Of a DNA stretch of 57,166 bases, positions 1 through 10,141 are shown piece after piece. Within the stretch, counting starts at the first letter, position 1, and the number at the start of each line of letters is the position of its first letter. Source of the DNA: an uncultured virus (IMG/VR IMGVR_UViG_3300005977_000003) (Adnaviria > Zilligvirae > Taleaviricota > Tokiviricetes > Ligamenvirales); the IMG/VR virus record IMGVR_UViG_3300005977_000003, one strand, 5' to 3'. Under the pieces are notes generated by a model. That model had not been told where the DNA came from. It ran no database searches and was given only the letters and a program-made list of their open reading frames with translations. The translations under genes were made by a program, and so were the position numbers.

Positions 1-2
1 TG

Positions 3-275
3 TACATTGCAGGACAGGGAGGAGTAATAATCCACTCCAGTAAGTTACAGGCTGTTACTAACGCCGGTGTCCTCGGTGTAAAGAGTAACGTTAGTACGGT
101 CGCTTACCACGTTGCCGTTGTGAATACCGGTTTAAGTACCGGTACGGTTGGGAAGCAAGCCCCACAGACAAATGGAATACACATATACGTACAACAAATC
201 TCCGGTGGAGTGGTGACAGAGGCTCCGACAGGGACCATAAACGGTGTAATAACCTTATTAGTGGAGGGTAACTAA
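3..275 (+). CDS. 5'-truncated ORF, beta-rich putative virion protein
   Basis: Frame 3 open from the window edge to TAA 273-275 (YIAGQGGVIIHSS...TLLVEGN); G/V/T-rich; not in ORF track. Confidence 0.5.
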   Translation, partial: YIAGQGGVIIHSSKLQAVTNAGVLGVKSNVSTVAYHVAVVNTGLSTGTVGKQAPQTNGIHIYVQQISGGVVTEAPTGTINGVITLLVEGN

Positions 276-282
276 GAATTAT

Positions 283-1038
283 GTGAGGGCTATGAATCTG
301 GATACTTACCTTTTAAAGCCAAGTGACAAATTTTTTCTAGTCTTTCCACAGGGTTACGTCCCTCTGGTAGTTGTTGATAGTGACATTCCCTACAGCTTTA
401 TCTACGATCCTGTAACCGAGGGTGCATTACAGTCTCCGTTAGCGGCAAGTCCTCAGGGGAATGGTATTACAAGTTTGACGATTGCCGCTGACGTCCTGTT
501 CGGATCTAGATACATAACTGGTAATCCAAACGACGTCTTCAAGGTTGATAAGACAAACAACCTTTTACAGCTATTCTTCGGTGTAGCGCCAAGTTACACA
601 CGTGTCTACATCTACCAACCCGCAAACGTTGCACAGGGGAGGCTTGACGTTGCGACATGGAACTCCAGCTACAACCAATTTGGTTTTATTGACGGATACC
701 AAAGCCCACTTAATAATCCTAGCCCGTACACCCAGATTGCAGTACCATACGGTCTTGAGGTGGCGTTCGGGCTAGTCAACCCCACTACAGTCCCAATATC
801 TCCCCTCTTTAGGTTTGTTGTAAATAGGATGATTGTGAATAAGATAACAAATACGGAGATTGTTTATGACATGTTTACGAGGGAGAACACGAAGAAGCTA
901 ATTGTTGGTGGTGCCTCATCGTACACGATTAACGAGTATAACACTTACGGAGTAACACCAATAAATCCCAGTCTTGTGTTAAATAGTACTAAGGATGAGG
1001 CGTTGAAAGTAATAAAGGAGGGGATAGGAAGTGGATGA
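283..1038 (+). CDS. hypothetical protein, possible virion structural protein
   Basis: 251 aa, rich in N/P/V/Y/S, few charges, co-oriented with neighbours. Confidence 0.5.
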   Translation: MRAMNLDTYLLKPSDKFFLVFPQGYVPLVVVDSDIPYSFIYDPVTEGALQSPLAASPQGNGITSLTIAADVLFGSRYITGNPNDVFKVDKTNNLLQLFFGVAPSYTRVYIYQPANVAQGRLDVATWNSSYNQFGFIDGYQSPLNNPSPYTQIAVPYGLEVAFGLVNPTTVPISPLFRFVVNRMIVNKITNTEIVYDMFTRENTKKLIVGGASSYTINEYNTYGVTPINPSLVLNSTKDEALKVIKEGIGSG

Positions 1039-1378
1039 GGTACAGGTTTACGATATAATTTACAGTAGGTATCTCGTAGGTACTGTGATGGCAACAGTTG
1101 CGTCAACAATGAATAACCAGTCCCTGGTTATTAACAAGATACAGCTTAGCTTGGACTCAAGGGCTGGTTTAGGTACCGTCACATTACAAATTTATAGTGG
1201 TACTGTGGTCATTCAGGAGGTAACCGTTACACCTTCCTCGCCAACCTATGTTGAACAACATGACGAGGGAGTATTGAGGATAGGTCCTTCAAAATACCTA
1301 GGTTTGATGACTGAGGGAGGTAGCGTGAGCGTAACCTTGGGCTACTACTTCGTATATGGAAGGGTTGGTAACATCTAA
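1031..1378 (+). CDS. hypothetical beta-rich protein
   Basis: 115 aa ORF overlapping the upstream stop. Confidence 0.5.
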   Translation: MDEVQVYDIIYSRYLVGTVMATVASTMNNQSLVINKIQLSLDSRAGLGTVTLQIYSGTVVIQEVTVTPSSPTYVEQHDEGVLRIGPSKYLGLMTEGGSVSVTLGYYFVYGRVGNI

Positions 1379-1408
1379 ACTTTTAAGTCAGAATTTTTTA
1401 TTCTTCTT

Positions 1409-1636
1409 ATGAAGTGGTTTGCGTACAATGGTAGTCTATCCATCAAGGATGGTATACCCTCAATGGAGTCGACACAAGTCTCCACGCTCTCCCTTCATTT
1501 TGACGATGGACTGGACTTTCTAAACTTCGTCAACAACTTTGTTGTACCAACCGCGAAAAAGTACGGTTACGACATTAAGCTAGTTAAACTTGAGCAGACA
1601 AAACCCGAGAAGATCACGCTACTCAAGCGAGATTGA
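1409..1636 (+). CDS. hypothetical protein
   Basis: 75 aa ORF; TTTTAAG TATA-like box about 25 nt upstream. Confidence 0.45.
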   Translation: MKWFAYNGSLSIKDGIPSMESTQVSTLSLHFDDGLDFLNFVNNFVVPTAKKYGYDIKLVKLEQTKPEKITLLKRD

Positions 1637-2705
1637 ACAGCTGTTTGAAGTCACCTATCGCTCTATTTACGTTGTAAGTCGAGTACACCTTCCTACCATA
1701 TTTATGCCTTGTCTCTCCTATTGACATTATCTTCTCCACTGCGTCATCCAAGTCCGGGATCCAGTACACTCCACTTGTATCAGGGTAACCAAGGTTAACT
1801 TTCACAAATTTTGCGTAAGGGGATAGTAATTCCTTGTGGACTGGTATTTCACTAGCAACCACGGGAGTGTTGTAGGTTAACGCCTCTAACGCCGGCATAT
1901 CTATCCCCTCCAGAGAGGATAAGGTTACGTATACGTGTGCGTTCAAGTAAATGTACGCCAACTCCTCCTCCGTAAGACCGTAACCCTTCAGATAGGATTG
2001 GGGAGTGTAAACTCTGTTGTACAGGGCATATCTCTCTATAATACTCTCAAGTATGTACGCACCACTACTACTTAGTAAAACCAGCTTGTATTCCTCTGGT
2101 AACCTGCTTAAAACGTGTAATAGGAGCGCGTGGTTCTTTCTCTTATCGTCATTCACACCTATGAACAGGAGGTATTTATCCGGAAGTCCCTGTACCTTCT
2201 CTGGCTTTACAGGTCTAGGTATCCACGGTTTAACGGTGTACACTAGGTTGATCGGCATACCAGACGATACTAACACTCTCCTACCCCATTCCGTTGGGGT
2301 TGCAACAATGTCATAATTAACGAAGATCGCCTTCATTACCTTAGAGTCGAAGTAATCGTGCATAACCATTAAATATCCTATAGTCTTTGTACTCTTCCTT
2401 ATCCTGTCGAATTGATATGGATACTTGTAGTATTCCGTGTGTACTACCGGATCCCTTATGTGTATTAGCACATCGGGCTTAAACTCTCTCACCGCCTCTT
2501 CGATCAGTTGTTGGGTTAAACCACTGTAAACCTTGACCTTCTGGTTCATAAAAATATAGTAAAGAGGATTACCTTGATGTTGGAATGACACGTATGAGAC
2601 ATCGTAACCGTTTGCTATCAGCCCATTCGTTAAAACTCTACCAAGCTTTCCGTAACCCGTGTTAAAGTTTGGCCCATCTGACGCAATCATTACCTTTTCT
2701 TTCAT
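1623..2705 (-). CDS. glycosyltransferase family 4 (GT-B)
   Basis: N-terminal SDGPNFNTGYG, RKN motif, EGIDMPALEA (ExxxxxxxE). Confidence 0.9.
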   Translation of the reverse strand: MKEKVMIASDGPNFNTGYGKLGRVLTNGLIANGYDVSYVSFQHQGNPLYYIFMNQKVKVYSGLTQQLIEEAVREFKPDVLIHIRDPVVHTEYYKYPYQFDRIRKSTKTIGYLMVMHDYFDSKVMKAIFVNYDIVATPTEWGRRVLVSSGMPINLVYTVKPWIPRPVKPEKVQGLPDKYLLFIGVNDDKRKNHALLLHVLSRLPEEYKLVLLSSSGAYILESIIERYALYNRVYTPQSYLKGYGLTEEELAYIYLNAHVYVTLSSLEGIDMPALEALTYNTPVVASEIPVHKELLSPYAKFVKVNLGYPDTSGVYWIPDLDDAVEKIMSIGETRHKYGRKVYSTYNVNRAIGDFKQLFNLA

Positions 2706-2904
2706 GAAGTTTACTCATACGACAAGTACTTAACTTTTTGGGGGTTCAAAATGTCGGTACTGCCCTCAATACCAGAAAGTTAAAAACTCATGGGTAAGGC
2801 TAGATTGTGGATGGAAAGGAGGAGGCTAAATTCAGGTTAATTACAACAATTTCTGAATCTTCAAAAACTGAAACTTTTTAAGTTAGTACGTGTAACACAC
2901 ACGT

Positions 2905-4281
2905 ATGTGTAGCATATTCGGTGTCTACCTTCGTGAGGAGTTGGATGACAAGAAGGCGAGTAAGATCTCTAAATCCTTTGTGGATAGCTCAGACAGAGGA
3001 AGGGATAGTTGGGGGGTTTACGCCATAAGGGAGAATGGAGAGGTTGAAGCATTGAAGGGTACTGGTACACCTGACTACGACATTGTCAAGGACTTCCTGA
3101 TTAGGATGAAACCTAAGATGATTATAGGGAATAATAGGGCTGAGCCGACAACGGAGTACGTACCTAACAAAAGCCCAAAGGATATCCAACCCTTTCAATA
3201 TAACGACTGGATTGTTTCACACAACGGTGTGGTTGCAAACGATAAGGAGCTGATACAGAAGTACGGTTTAATACTGGATACAAACGTCGACAGTGCCGTC
3301 TTACCACGTATATTCTCAAGGATTGGGTCTTACGAGGGTGTGAGTAGATTCCTCTCGGAGGAGTTTAGGGGATCGCACGCCATGGTCTTCACAAATGTGA
3401 GAAGGGGAGAGCTATGCGTTAGTGTAGACTATAAGCCTGCCTACATACACAATGACTTCGAGAATAATTACTTAGTTATCACGTCCTTGGAGAGGTACTA
3501 TCCCCGTGAGGTTTACAGTAAGGTGAACACAACGTATGTTGAGCCTTACACAATGTATTGCTTCTCGCAAGATAGCTTTACTAAGTATAACCTGTTGAGG
3601 ACGGCTGAACAGATGAAGGTGTTAATGATAGCCAGTGGTGGGCTGGATAGTACTGTGGCTACGGCAAAACTACTGAATGAGGGGCATAAGGTTACGTTAC
3701 TACACTTCAATTACCATCATAAGGCTGAGGGACCTGAGCTCACGGCTGTAAAGAAAATCTCGGAATACTACAACCTTGAGTTGATCACAATGGATACCTC
3801 CTCCATGTTCAAGGTTATTGGAGGGACTAACCTACTTAAGGGCAGTAAGATACCAATAACGAAGGATAGGGGAGGAATTGTTGGGGCAGAGTATGCATAC
3901 GAGTGGGTGCCAGCTAGAAATCTAGTCTTCATTAGTGTCGCAGTGGCGTTGGCTGAGGCCAACGGGTTTGACGCAGTTGGTACTGGGATAAACCTGGAGG
4001 AATCAGGTGCCTATCCAGATAATGAGATGGAGTTTAACATCCTGTTGGACAGGGTTTTACCATTGGCAACTGAACCAAGGAGGAGAATAAGGTTGTTGAT
4101 GCCAGTTGGAAATCTAATGAAACATGAGATTGTAAAGCTAGGTTATGAGCTGAAAGTACCCTTCGAGCTTACGTGGAGTTGTTATGAGGGGAGGAAGAAA
4201 CACTGTGGTAGGTGTGGACCGTGTTTTATGAGAAAGAAGGCCTTTGAGATAAATGGTTTAAAAGATCCAGTCATGCAATAG
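2905..4281 (+). CDS. queC: GAT-QueC fusion (glutamine amidotransferase II + 7-cyano-7-deazaguanine synthase)
   Basis: N-terminal Cys2 (MCSIFG), RGRDSWG, HNG; C-terminal SGGLDS, VPARN, YPD, SCY...HCGRCGPC. Confidence 0.93.
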   Translation: MCSIFGVYLREELDDKKASKISKSFVDSSDRGRDSWGVYAIRENGEVEALKGTGTPDYDIVKDFLIRMKPKMIIGNNRAEPTTEYVPNKSPKDIQPFQYNDWIVSHNGVVANDKELIQKYGLILDTNVDSAVLPRIFSRIGSYEGVSRFLSEEFRGSHAMVFTNVRRGELCVSVDYKPAYIHNDFENNYLVITSLERYYPREVYSKVNTTYVEPYTMYCFSQDSFTKYNLLRTAEQMKVLMIASGGLDSTVATAKLLNEGHKVTLLHFNYHHKAEGPELTAVKKISEYYNLELITMDTSSMFKVIGGTNLLKGSKIPITKDRGGIVGAEYAYEWVPARNLVFISVAVALAEANGFDAVGTGINLEESGAYPDNEMEFNILLDRVLPLATEPRRRIRLLMPVGNLMKHEIVKLGYELKVPFELTWSCYEGRKKHCGRCGPCFMRKKAFEINGLKDPVMQ

Positions 4282-4287
4282 TACCTG

Positions 4288-4581
4288 TTGAAGGTGGAGA
4301 ACGAAAGGTTTTTTCGTTATTTACTCTCCACACCTGATTTCTACGCCATTGTTAGGAATCAGACTCTTCCTCCTGGTAGAATTGTGAGGGTGAACGAAAG
4401 GGTGAGGGCTAGGGTCGTAAAGGTTGTAGACTTGAGGAATGGTGATGTACGAAAAATACTTGGGGATTATGTACAGTATAGTACTTTCAAGAATGTCGAT
4501 GAGTGGTTGTCTCATCTAAGGAGGAAATACCACGGTAAACTACCCACAAAGCTAGTGTTGTTACGTATTCTGTACGATTGA
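4288..4581 (+). CDS. ASCH/PUA-like domain protein
   Basis: 97 aa; ARVVKVVDL...YSTFKNVDEWL..L pattern resembles ASCH. Confidence 0.55.
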   Translation: MKVENERFFRYLLSTPDFYAIVRNQTLPPGRIVRVNERVRARVVKVVDLRNGDVRKILGDYVQYSTFKNVDEWLSHLRRKYHGKLPTKLVLLRILYD

Positions 4582-4655
4582 GGCGTACACGTATTCTTCT
4601 ACCACGAGAATACCAACTCCAACAAGACTTATTATTCAATCTTCTGTAACATCTG

Positions 4656-5645
4656 TTGATGAAAGTAGGAATAACAGGTGTAACGGGTTTTATAGGATCA
4701 AAACTGTCCTCAAGACTTGTGAAGAAGGGTTACAAAGTAGTGGGTTTTGTAAGGAATGACGGTTTCTCAAGGAATAGGGTTGAAGGCGTGGATTACGTTG
4801 AGGTCGATTTGGCGAGCAACCCTATACCAAACAACGTTGAACTGGATGTACTTATAAACCTCGCAAGCATCACTCCCGTGAGATATAGTTACGACAATTC
4901 ACAACAGTACTTGGTAAACAATCTTTTGTTGGTACAGAATGTATTACAATACCTTGACAAACACAAGGACACCTTTCTAATTCACTCAAGTACAGCCGAG
5001 GTTTACCCATATCTTTCCGTGGCGGATTTCTCAAAAAAGTTTAAGGAGGAGGATGTGAATATCACGGGTGTATCCTCACCTTATGCAATAAGCAAGATTG
5101 GGCAGGAGATGCTTATACACCATCACTACTCCACACGACGCAAAAACTACTTGATCTTTAGAATGACAAACACCTATCACAGGGATGTGTTTAAGTTACC
5201 GGAAGAGGCTAGGGGTTATTTTGTGGAGAAGACAGTGTTGTCAATGTTGTGTGGTTTTAAGAAGATAAGTTACCATGGTTATCCGCAATCCCAAAGACAG
5301 TGGATACATTATACTGATCACGTTTCAATGTACGAGTACGCATTGGATCATTTGGAGAGGGTGAACGATGTTGGTAACGTAATAAATGTCGCAAAGGACG
5401 ACGCTGAGACGTTGGATCAGATAGTTAAGTTAGCCAAAAGGTATACAGAGTGGGATGGGGAGGTTGTGTGGGGTGTGAAACCCCGTCCTGTAGATCCCAA
5501 CAGCCTACTACTGGATAACGCTAGACTAAAGAAATTCTGGCCAAGTAAGGAGTTTCTACCTCTAACGGAGGGCTTAAACATAATGGTAATGGACTACATC
5601 CATGAGATGGTGAACAATCGTGAAATTTGCAGTCATATCGACTAA
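4656..5645 (+). CDS. NAD-dependent nucleotide-sugar epimerase/dehydratase (extended SDR)
   Basis: TGVTGFIG Rossmann motif, SSTAEVY, YAISK catalytic motif. Confidence 0.9.
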   Translation: MMKVGITGVTGFIGSKLSSRLVKKGYKVVGFVRNDGFSRNRVEGVDYVEVDLASNPIPNNVELDVLINLASITPVRYSYDNSQQYLVNNLLLVQNVLQYLDKHKDTFLIHSSTAEVYPYLSVADFSKKFKEEDVNITGVSSPYAISKIGQEMLIHHHYSTRRKNYLIFRMTNTYHRDVFKLPEEARGYFVEKTVLSMLCGFKKISYHGYPQSQRQWIHYTDHVSMYEYALDHLERVNDVGNVINVAKDDAETLDQIVKLAKRYTEWDGEVVWGVKPRPVDPNSLLLDNARLKKFWPSKEFLPLTEGLNIMVMDYIHEMVNNREICSHID

Positions 5646-6570
5646 GGAGGAGAAGACACCCCCACTTCGTTACGGGGGAATAGAAAGGTTGGCTTACGAC
5701 TTAGGTAATGCATTAAACGCCGATATCTTCGGTGTACCAAGGACGGATAATGTGATGACTTACGATGACATCAACACAAATTATGATGCCATGTTCGACT
5801 TCTCTCACCAAAAATACTTTCAAAACTTAGATAGTTTAGTTCTTGGTGTACCATTCCATCCCGATCCTGCTAGCTTACGTTACAACATGTATACAACCCG
5901 TGTAATTGCGAACATGTATAAGTTACCAGGTTTTGTGATCTATCCTGGGGTAAGTTATATCGATAAGCCAGAAGGTGATGAGGGTTACGTACTCTTTCTA
6001 GGTAGGTTTAGTGAGATAAAGAGACCTGACTTGGCAATAGAGGTGGCTAGAAAGCTAGGAAGAAGGATTATTTTGGCTGGACATGTTGGTAAATTCTCTG
6101 ATGGTTATTACGCCAGGCATTTAATGAGGAGGTACAGGGATGGTGTAGAATACAGGATTAACATAGATGACGATGAAAAGTACGAGTTGTTGTCGCATGC
6201 GTCCGCATTAGTAATGCCCAGTGATTGGAGGTCGTTGTCCAGTATTGAAAGCCTGGGGATTGTGGCGATGGAGGCAATGGTGTCGGGTTGTCCAGTTGTT
6301 ACTAGTGGTGAAGGCACATCCGAGTTGTTGTCCTTCGGTAAGGAGGTCAGGACTGGTGTGTTGATGGATGGGGGAGTTTACTGTAAACACGACGATATAG
6401 ACTGCTTCGTGAATGGGGTGAATGAAGTCACTAAGATAAGCAGGGCTTTGTTAAGGAAGAGGGCAAGGGAGTTCTTCTCAGTGAATAGGTGGGCGGAAGA
6501 CGTTAAACGTGTGGTTGGTGACATGTTGAAGGGGTTAGGTTTAACGCAAACACGAGGTGTGAAGGCGTGA
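5620..6570 (+). CDS. glycosyltransferase family 4
   Basis: PPLRYGGIER, FLGRFSEIKRPD, ESLGIVAMEAMVSGCPVV. Confidence 0.9.
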   Translation: MKFAVISTKEEKTPPLRYGGIERLAYDLGNALNADIFGVPRTDNVMTYDDINTNYDAMFDFSHQKYFQNLDSLVLGVPFHPDPASLRYNMYTTRVIANMYKLPGFVIYPGVSYIDKPEGDEGYVLFLGRFSEIKRPDLAIEVARKLGRRIILAGHVGKFSDGYYARHLMRRYRDGVEYRINIDDDEKYELLSHASALVMPSDWRSLSSIESLGIVAMEAMVSGCPVVTSGEGTSELLSFGKEVRTGVLMDGGVYCKHDDIDCFVNGVNEVTKISRALLRKRAREFFSVNRWAEDVKRVVGDMLKGLGLTQTRGVKA

Positions 6571-7412
6571 GGGAGAACACACGGGGTAGGTACACAACCA
6601 TTGTTATACCAACTTTGTTGAGGGAGTCAATATTTAAGACTATGTCATACATCCGCCAATACACAGAGGCAGAGGTAATACCGTATTACGACCCAACCGT
6701 CAACGAGTATGTCGTTAGGAATCTTGTGGCTGAGGGTGTTACAACCCCTTACATTTCCTTCATCGACGATGACGCATACCCAAGTACAAATTGGTATCAA
6801 AACCTGTTGAGGAATATTAGGAAGGGATGTGACATTATTACGGGTTACGTGTACAGCAACGGTAGGTTTTTCGGGCAGGCATATCATGCCATTGGTACCA
6901 ACCTAACGGTTAAAACCGAGGTTTTTAGAAGACTTGGCGGTTTTGAGGAGGATTGGGGCAATCCTAAGTTTGGTAACGCAGGATATGGGTGGAGAAGTGA
7001 CACGGACTTGTTGTGGAGGTATTTGGAGAGTGGTGGTGATAATTACTGCCACGATGACGGACTACTTGTCTACCACCCAAAACCATTCTCTAGCGAGTTC
7101 ATCCTTCCCATTGAGATAGAGTTTATCAAAAGGCATAAACCATACGTTGTTAAGTACTTTTACGACATCGACCCAAGGGCAGTGATTGTTAATGACGTTT
7201 TTATAGATGGGAAGGTGAGTGACAAGCTACTTGAGTGGTACAAAAACGCAAAGGAATTAACGTTACAGATGTGGGGCAGTGTTATGTTGTCAGCTAAGAA
7301 ACACGGTGTGAAGATAAACGTGAACGTGGACGAATTCCTCAAGGAGCTAGCTAGGTTGTCTTCCAACCCATCAATCACAAACACTACGAAAAACGTCAGC
7401 CAAACGAAATGA
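6567..7412 (+). CDS. glycosyltransferase family 2 (GT-A)
   Basis: IVIPT, FIDDDA (DxD), LGGFEE, SDTDL. Confidence 0.85.
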   Translation: MRENTRGRYTTIVIPTLLRESIFKTMSYIRQYTEAEVIPYYDPTVNEYVVRNLVAEGVTTPYISFIDDDAYPSTNWYQNLLRNIRKGCDIITGYVYSNGRFFGQAYHAIGTNLTVKTEVFRRLGGFEEDWGNPKFGNAGYGWRSDTDLLWRYLESGGDNYCHDDGLLVYHPKPFSSEFILPIEIEFIKRHKPYVVKYFYDIDPRAVIVNDVFIDGKVSDKLLEWYKNAKELTLQMWGSVMLSAKKHGVKINVNVDEFLKELARLSSNPSITNTTKNVSQTK

Positions 7413-7490
7413 TCTTTCTAGAATAGACAACGAGGACTTTCTAACCTTCACAAAACAAACTTTTTAAACCTGTGTTACACTAACACACAC

Positions 7491-7700
7491 ATGCAAAAGT
7501 ACAACAGAGAAAAACTCCTGTCCAGTTTGGATGAACACATCAGGCAACGGGGGTTGAGAAGGATGAAAGTTTTGGAGATTTCCCTGTTGCTTGATGTAAG
7601 CCCCACATATGCAAGGATGTTAGCAATGGAATATGCTAAAAGAAACGATGGCTGGTTGTACGAAGATGGAGAATTGTTGAAGGTGGTGGAAGATGAGTGA
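7491..7700 (+). CDS. small putative winged-helix DNA-binding protein
   Basis: 69 aa; EISLLLDVSPTYAR helix-turn-helix-like; TTTTTAAA box upstream. Confidence 0.5.
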   Translation: MQKYNREKLLSSLDEHIRQRGLRRMKVLEISLLLDVSPTYARMLAMEYAKRNDGWLYEDGELLKVVEDE

Positions 7701-8499
7701 AAGGGATATAGTAACACTTGCGGAAAGGCTACACATGAGTGTGGATGAGGTTAAAAGGAGGGTGAAGGAGCTGGCGGACACTAAGTTTGCCGCAATACCA
7801 GACGAGAAGAAGAGGCTGACACAGGCGTTCATCTACTACAGGGCAAAGATGTTGGCAAAGCCGGTTGGTAAGGACTTGAAGGTGATCGTCTACGGACTTA
7901 GGGAGCCGATACAGAAGGCAAAGAGGAAAATTGCCAGGGTTTACGTCATATACAGTACGGAGGAGGGTGATAGGAAGGGAGTTATAACCCTCTTCGATGA
8001 CATGAGCGTTCTCTACCAGAACGCACAACTATTCCACCTCTACACTGTCAACGTTGTTGAGACGGGTAAGGGTGCGTTGCTTGCGACCGCAAACACGAAC
8101 TTCGTCAATGGAAAACCGGTAGACCCACAAAAGGTTTTGGCTATATTGAAGAAAGACACCACAAACTTCGCTGAATTTGAGATAAATAACGCATATAACA
8201 TGTTGAGCAGAATGAACGGGCAGTATTACGACGAGTTTGACCTAAGGGCAACACAGGGTATCGTAACGAGGGCGAACTACAAGAAGGATGATAAGGGTAA
8301 CGTGGTGTTTGGGGTTTACGAACTAAGCGATCCTAACAATCCCGACAGCACATTAACCTGTTGGATTCCTCCACCTTTATACAAGTACGATGAGGGTAGC
8401 GAGCTTTACATGTATGGGACTTTGCAGATGGACAAGAACGGGGTGACGCAGTTTATGGTTCAAGGCATAATCCCTATTACTCCAATACCCTTAGTTTGA
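7693..8499 (+). CDS. putative OB-fold ssDNA-binding protein (RPA-like)
   Basis: 268 aa beta-rich with an N-terminal helical segment; located in the replication cluster. Confidence 0.45.
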   Translation: MSERDIVTLAERLHMSVDEVKRRVKELADTKFAAIPDEKKRLTQAFIYYRAKMLAKPVGKDLKVIVYGLREPIQKAKRKIARVYVIYSTEEGDRKGVITLFDDMSVLYQNAQLFHLYTVNVVETGKGALLATANTNFVNGKPVDPQKVLAILKKDTTNFAEFEINNAYNMLSRMNGQYYDEFDLRATQGIVTRANYKKDDKGNVVFGVYELSDPNNPDSTLTCWIPPPLYKYDEGSELYMYGTLQMDKNGVTQFMVQGIIPITPIPLV

Positions 8500-8510
8500 G
8501 GTGACAACAC

Positions 8511-9425
8511 ATGTCGGATATATTCGATGAATTGGTTGGAGAGGAAAAGAAGGAAGAAGTGAAGGAGGAGAAGAAGGAGACAACAAAACAAACGGAGAGG
8601 AAAGCCGAGGTACAACTGGATGAATTGGTTAGTGAGGAGAGGACAACGACAAAGGAGGAGGAAAAGCCCGTGGTTAATGTAAACAATACCACTACAAAAA
8701 CCGAAGAAAAGGGTGGAGAGATCGAGATAGAGGAGGAGTTAACGACTGGTAAGGAGGTATTCGTTATATATGGTGACAAGGGTGAGGGTAAGACTACATT
8801 GGCGTTGTCATTCCCAGGAGAGATATTGGCGTTATCCTTCGACAGGAAGACCTCTCCAATAAGGTGGAATTTGTACAAGAATAGGAAGGATATACATGTC
8901 TACGATCCAGTTAAGTACTGGGTGCAGACTGACGATAGAACTCTAGTTCTTACAGCAAAGAAGGTGTTTGACGTTATTGAGGAGATATTCCACAAGTTTG
9001 GGGAGAATGGTGTGGACTGGGTGTTGATTGACGGCGTGGAGATACTTGAACAGATTAGCGAATTTGTAATGAGGGCAAACCATGGTTTGACAGCCTTCCA
9101 GGGAATAGCCAACCTAAACCTGTGGAAGGAGAGGAGATTCCTACTGAGGCATATACACAACCTTGCGTTAAATACCGCAAGAAAGGGGGTGATCTACACT
9201 ATGTACACTACAATGGAACAGATAATTAACGACGGCGAGGTGACGCAACAGAGAAAGGTACCAAAGTGGGTTGATATAATAATGTTTGAGAGCGACTACG
9301 TCATTTACACATTCTATAAGGACGGTTACAAGGCTAGAGTTGTGACTACCAAGAATCCGGAAAAACTAAAACCAGGAGAATATGACATTACTGGTAAGGG
9401 CATAACTTCGTTAATGGGTGAGTAA
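8511..9425 (+). CDS. P-loop ATPase, AAA_24/Sak4-like
   Basis: IYGDKGEGKTT Walker A, VLIDG Walker B, acidic N-terminal tail. Confidence 0.7.
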   Translation: MSDIFDELVGEEKKEEVKEEKKETTKQTERKAEVQLDELVSEERTTTKEEEKPVVNVNNTTTKTEEKGGEIEIEEELTTGKEVFVIYGDKGEGKTTLALSFPGEILALSFDRKTSPIRWNLYKNRKDIHVYDPVKYWVQTDDRTLVLTAKKVFDVIEEIFHKFGENGVDWVLIDGVEILEQISEFVMRANHGLTAFQGIANLNLWKERRFLLRHIHNLALNTARKGVIYTMYTTMEQIINDGEVTQQRKVPKWVDIIMFESDYVIYTFYKDGYKARVVTTKNPEKLKPGEYDITGKGITSLMGE

Positions 9426-9427
9426 AA

Positions 9428-10141
9428 ATGCAGTTCGACTTGAATAGGTTGTACGACGTAATAAAGCAAGTAAGTTTGGATGGGTACATAGATGTTGTAA
9501 AGCTAACACCCGACGAGAAGACAGTAAACGTGGATTTGATGGATAAGGGTAGGATGGTAGGGATACACGCCAAGTACAGCAGGGAGTACCTGCCGTTGGA
9601 TAAGAAGGTAGTGATCTCGGCTGATAGTACAATGAAGGTGATAAGAAACCTGTTTAAGTATAATCCAATCGCTGAGTTTACTGTGACGGATACAGATATT
9701 ATAATCTCCAATAGTGACACCAGCTACGTGGTGAAGATGAGGGAGGATACCGTATTTGACAACATTATGAAACCCAAGTCGTTCGAGTTTGGACAGTTGC
9801 CAGTTTTCGAAAGGACAATCATAGCGAACTATACAGTAGACGCAGACGCACTTGCTAGCATAAAGACGGATGAGAATACAATGGAGCTTGTAAGTAACGA
9901 AAAGGGATTGATGATAAAGTTTAAGTACCTAGAGGGAGAGTCATCACGTATATTCTACGGTGAAAAGGCCACTGAGGACTTCGACGTCTATTTTGACGCC
10001 AACCTAATCAACAAGATAACTAGCGTGTTAAGTGGCAAGATTAGCCTAGTTTTGATGAAGGGTAAGGCATACCAATTAATGATAGGGAAACCAGACAAGT
10101 ACTCGGTGATAGCCTATCTACTTAACCAGAGAGTAAAGTGA
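9428..10141 (+). CDS. pcn: PCNA-like sliding clamp
   Basis: 237 aa two-domain clamp size; MDKGRMVGI and C-terminal YLLNQRV resemble PCNA; RFC and PolB nearby. Confidence 0.7.
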   Translation: MQFDLNRLYDVIKQVSLDGYIDVVKLTPDEKTVNVDLMDKGRMVGIHAKYSREYLPLDKKVVISADSTMKVIRNLFKYNPIAEFTVTDTDIIISNSDTSYVVKMREDTVFDNIMKPKSFEFGQLPVFERTIIANYTVDADALASIKTDENTMELVSNEKGLMIKFKYLEGESSRIFYGEKATEDFDVYFDANLINKITSVLSGKISLVLMKGKAYQLMIGKPDKYSVIAYLLNQRVK

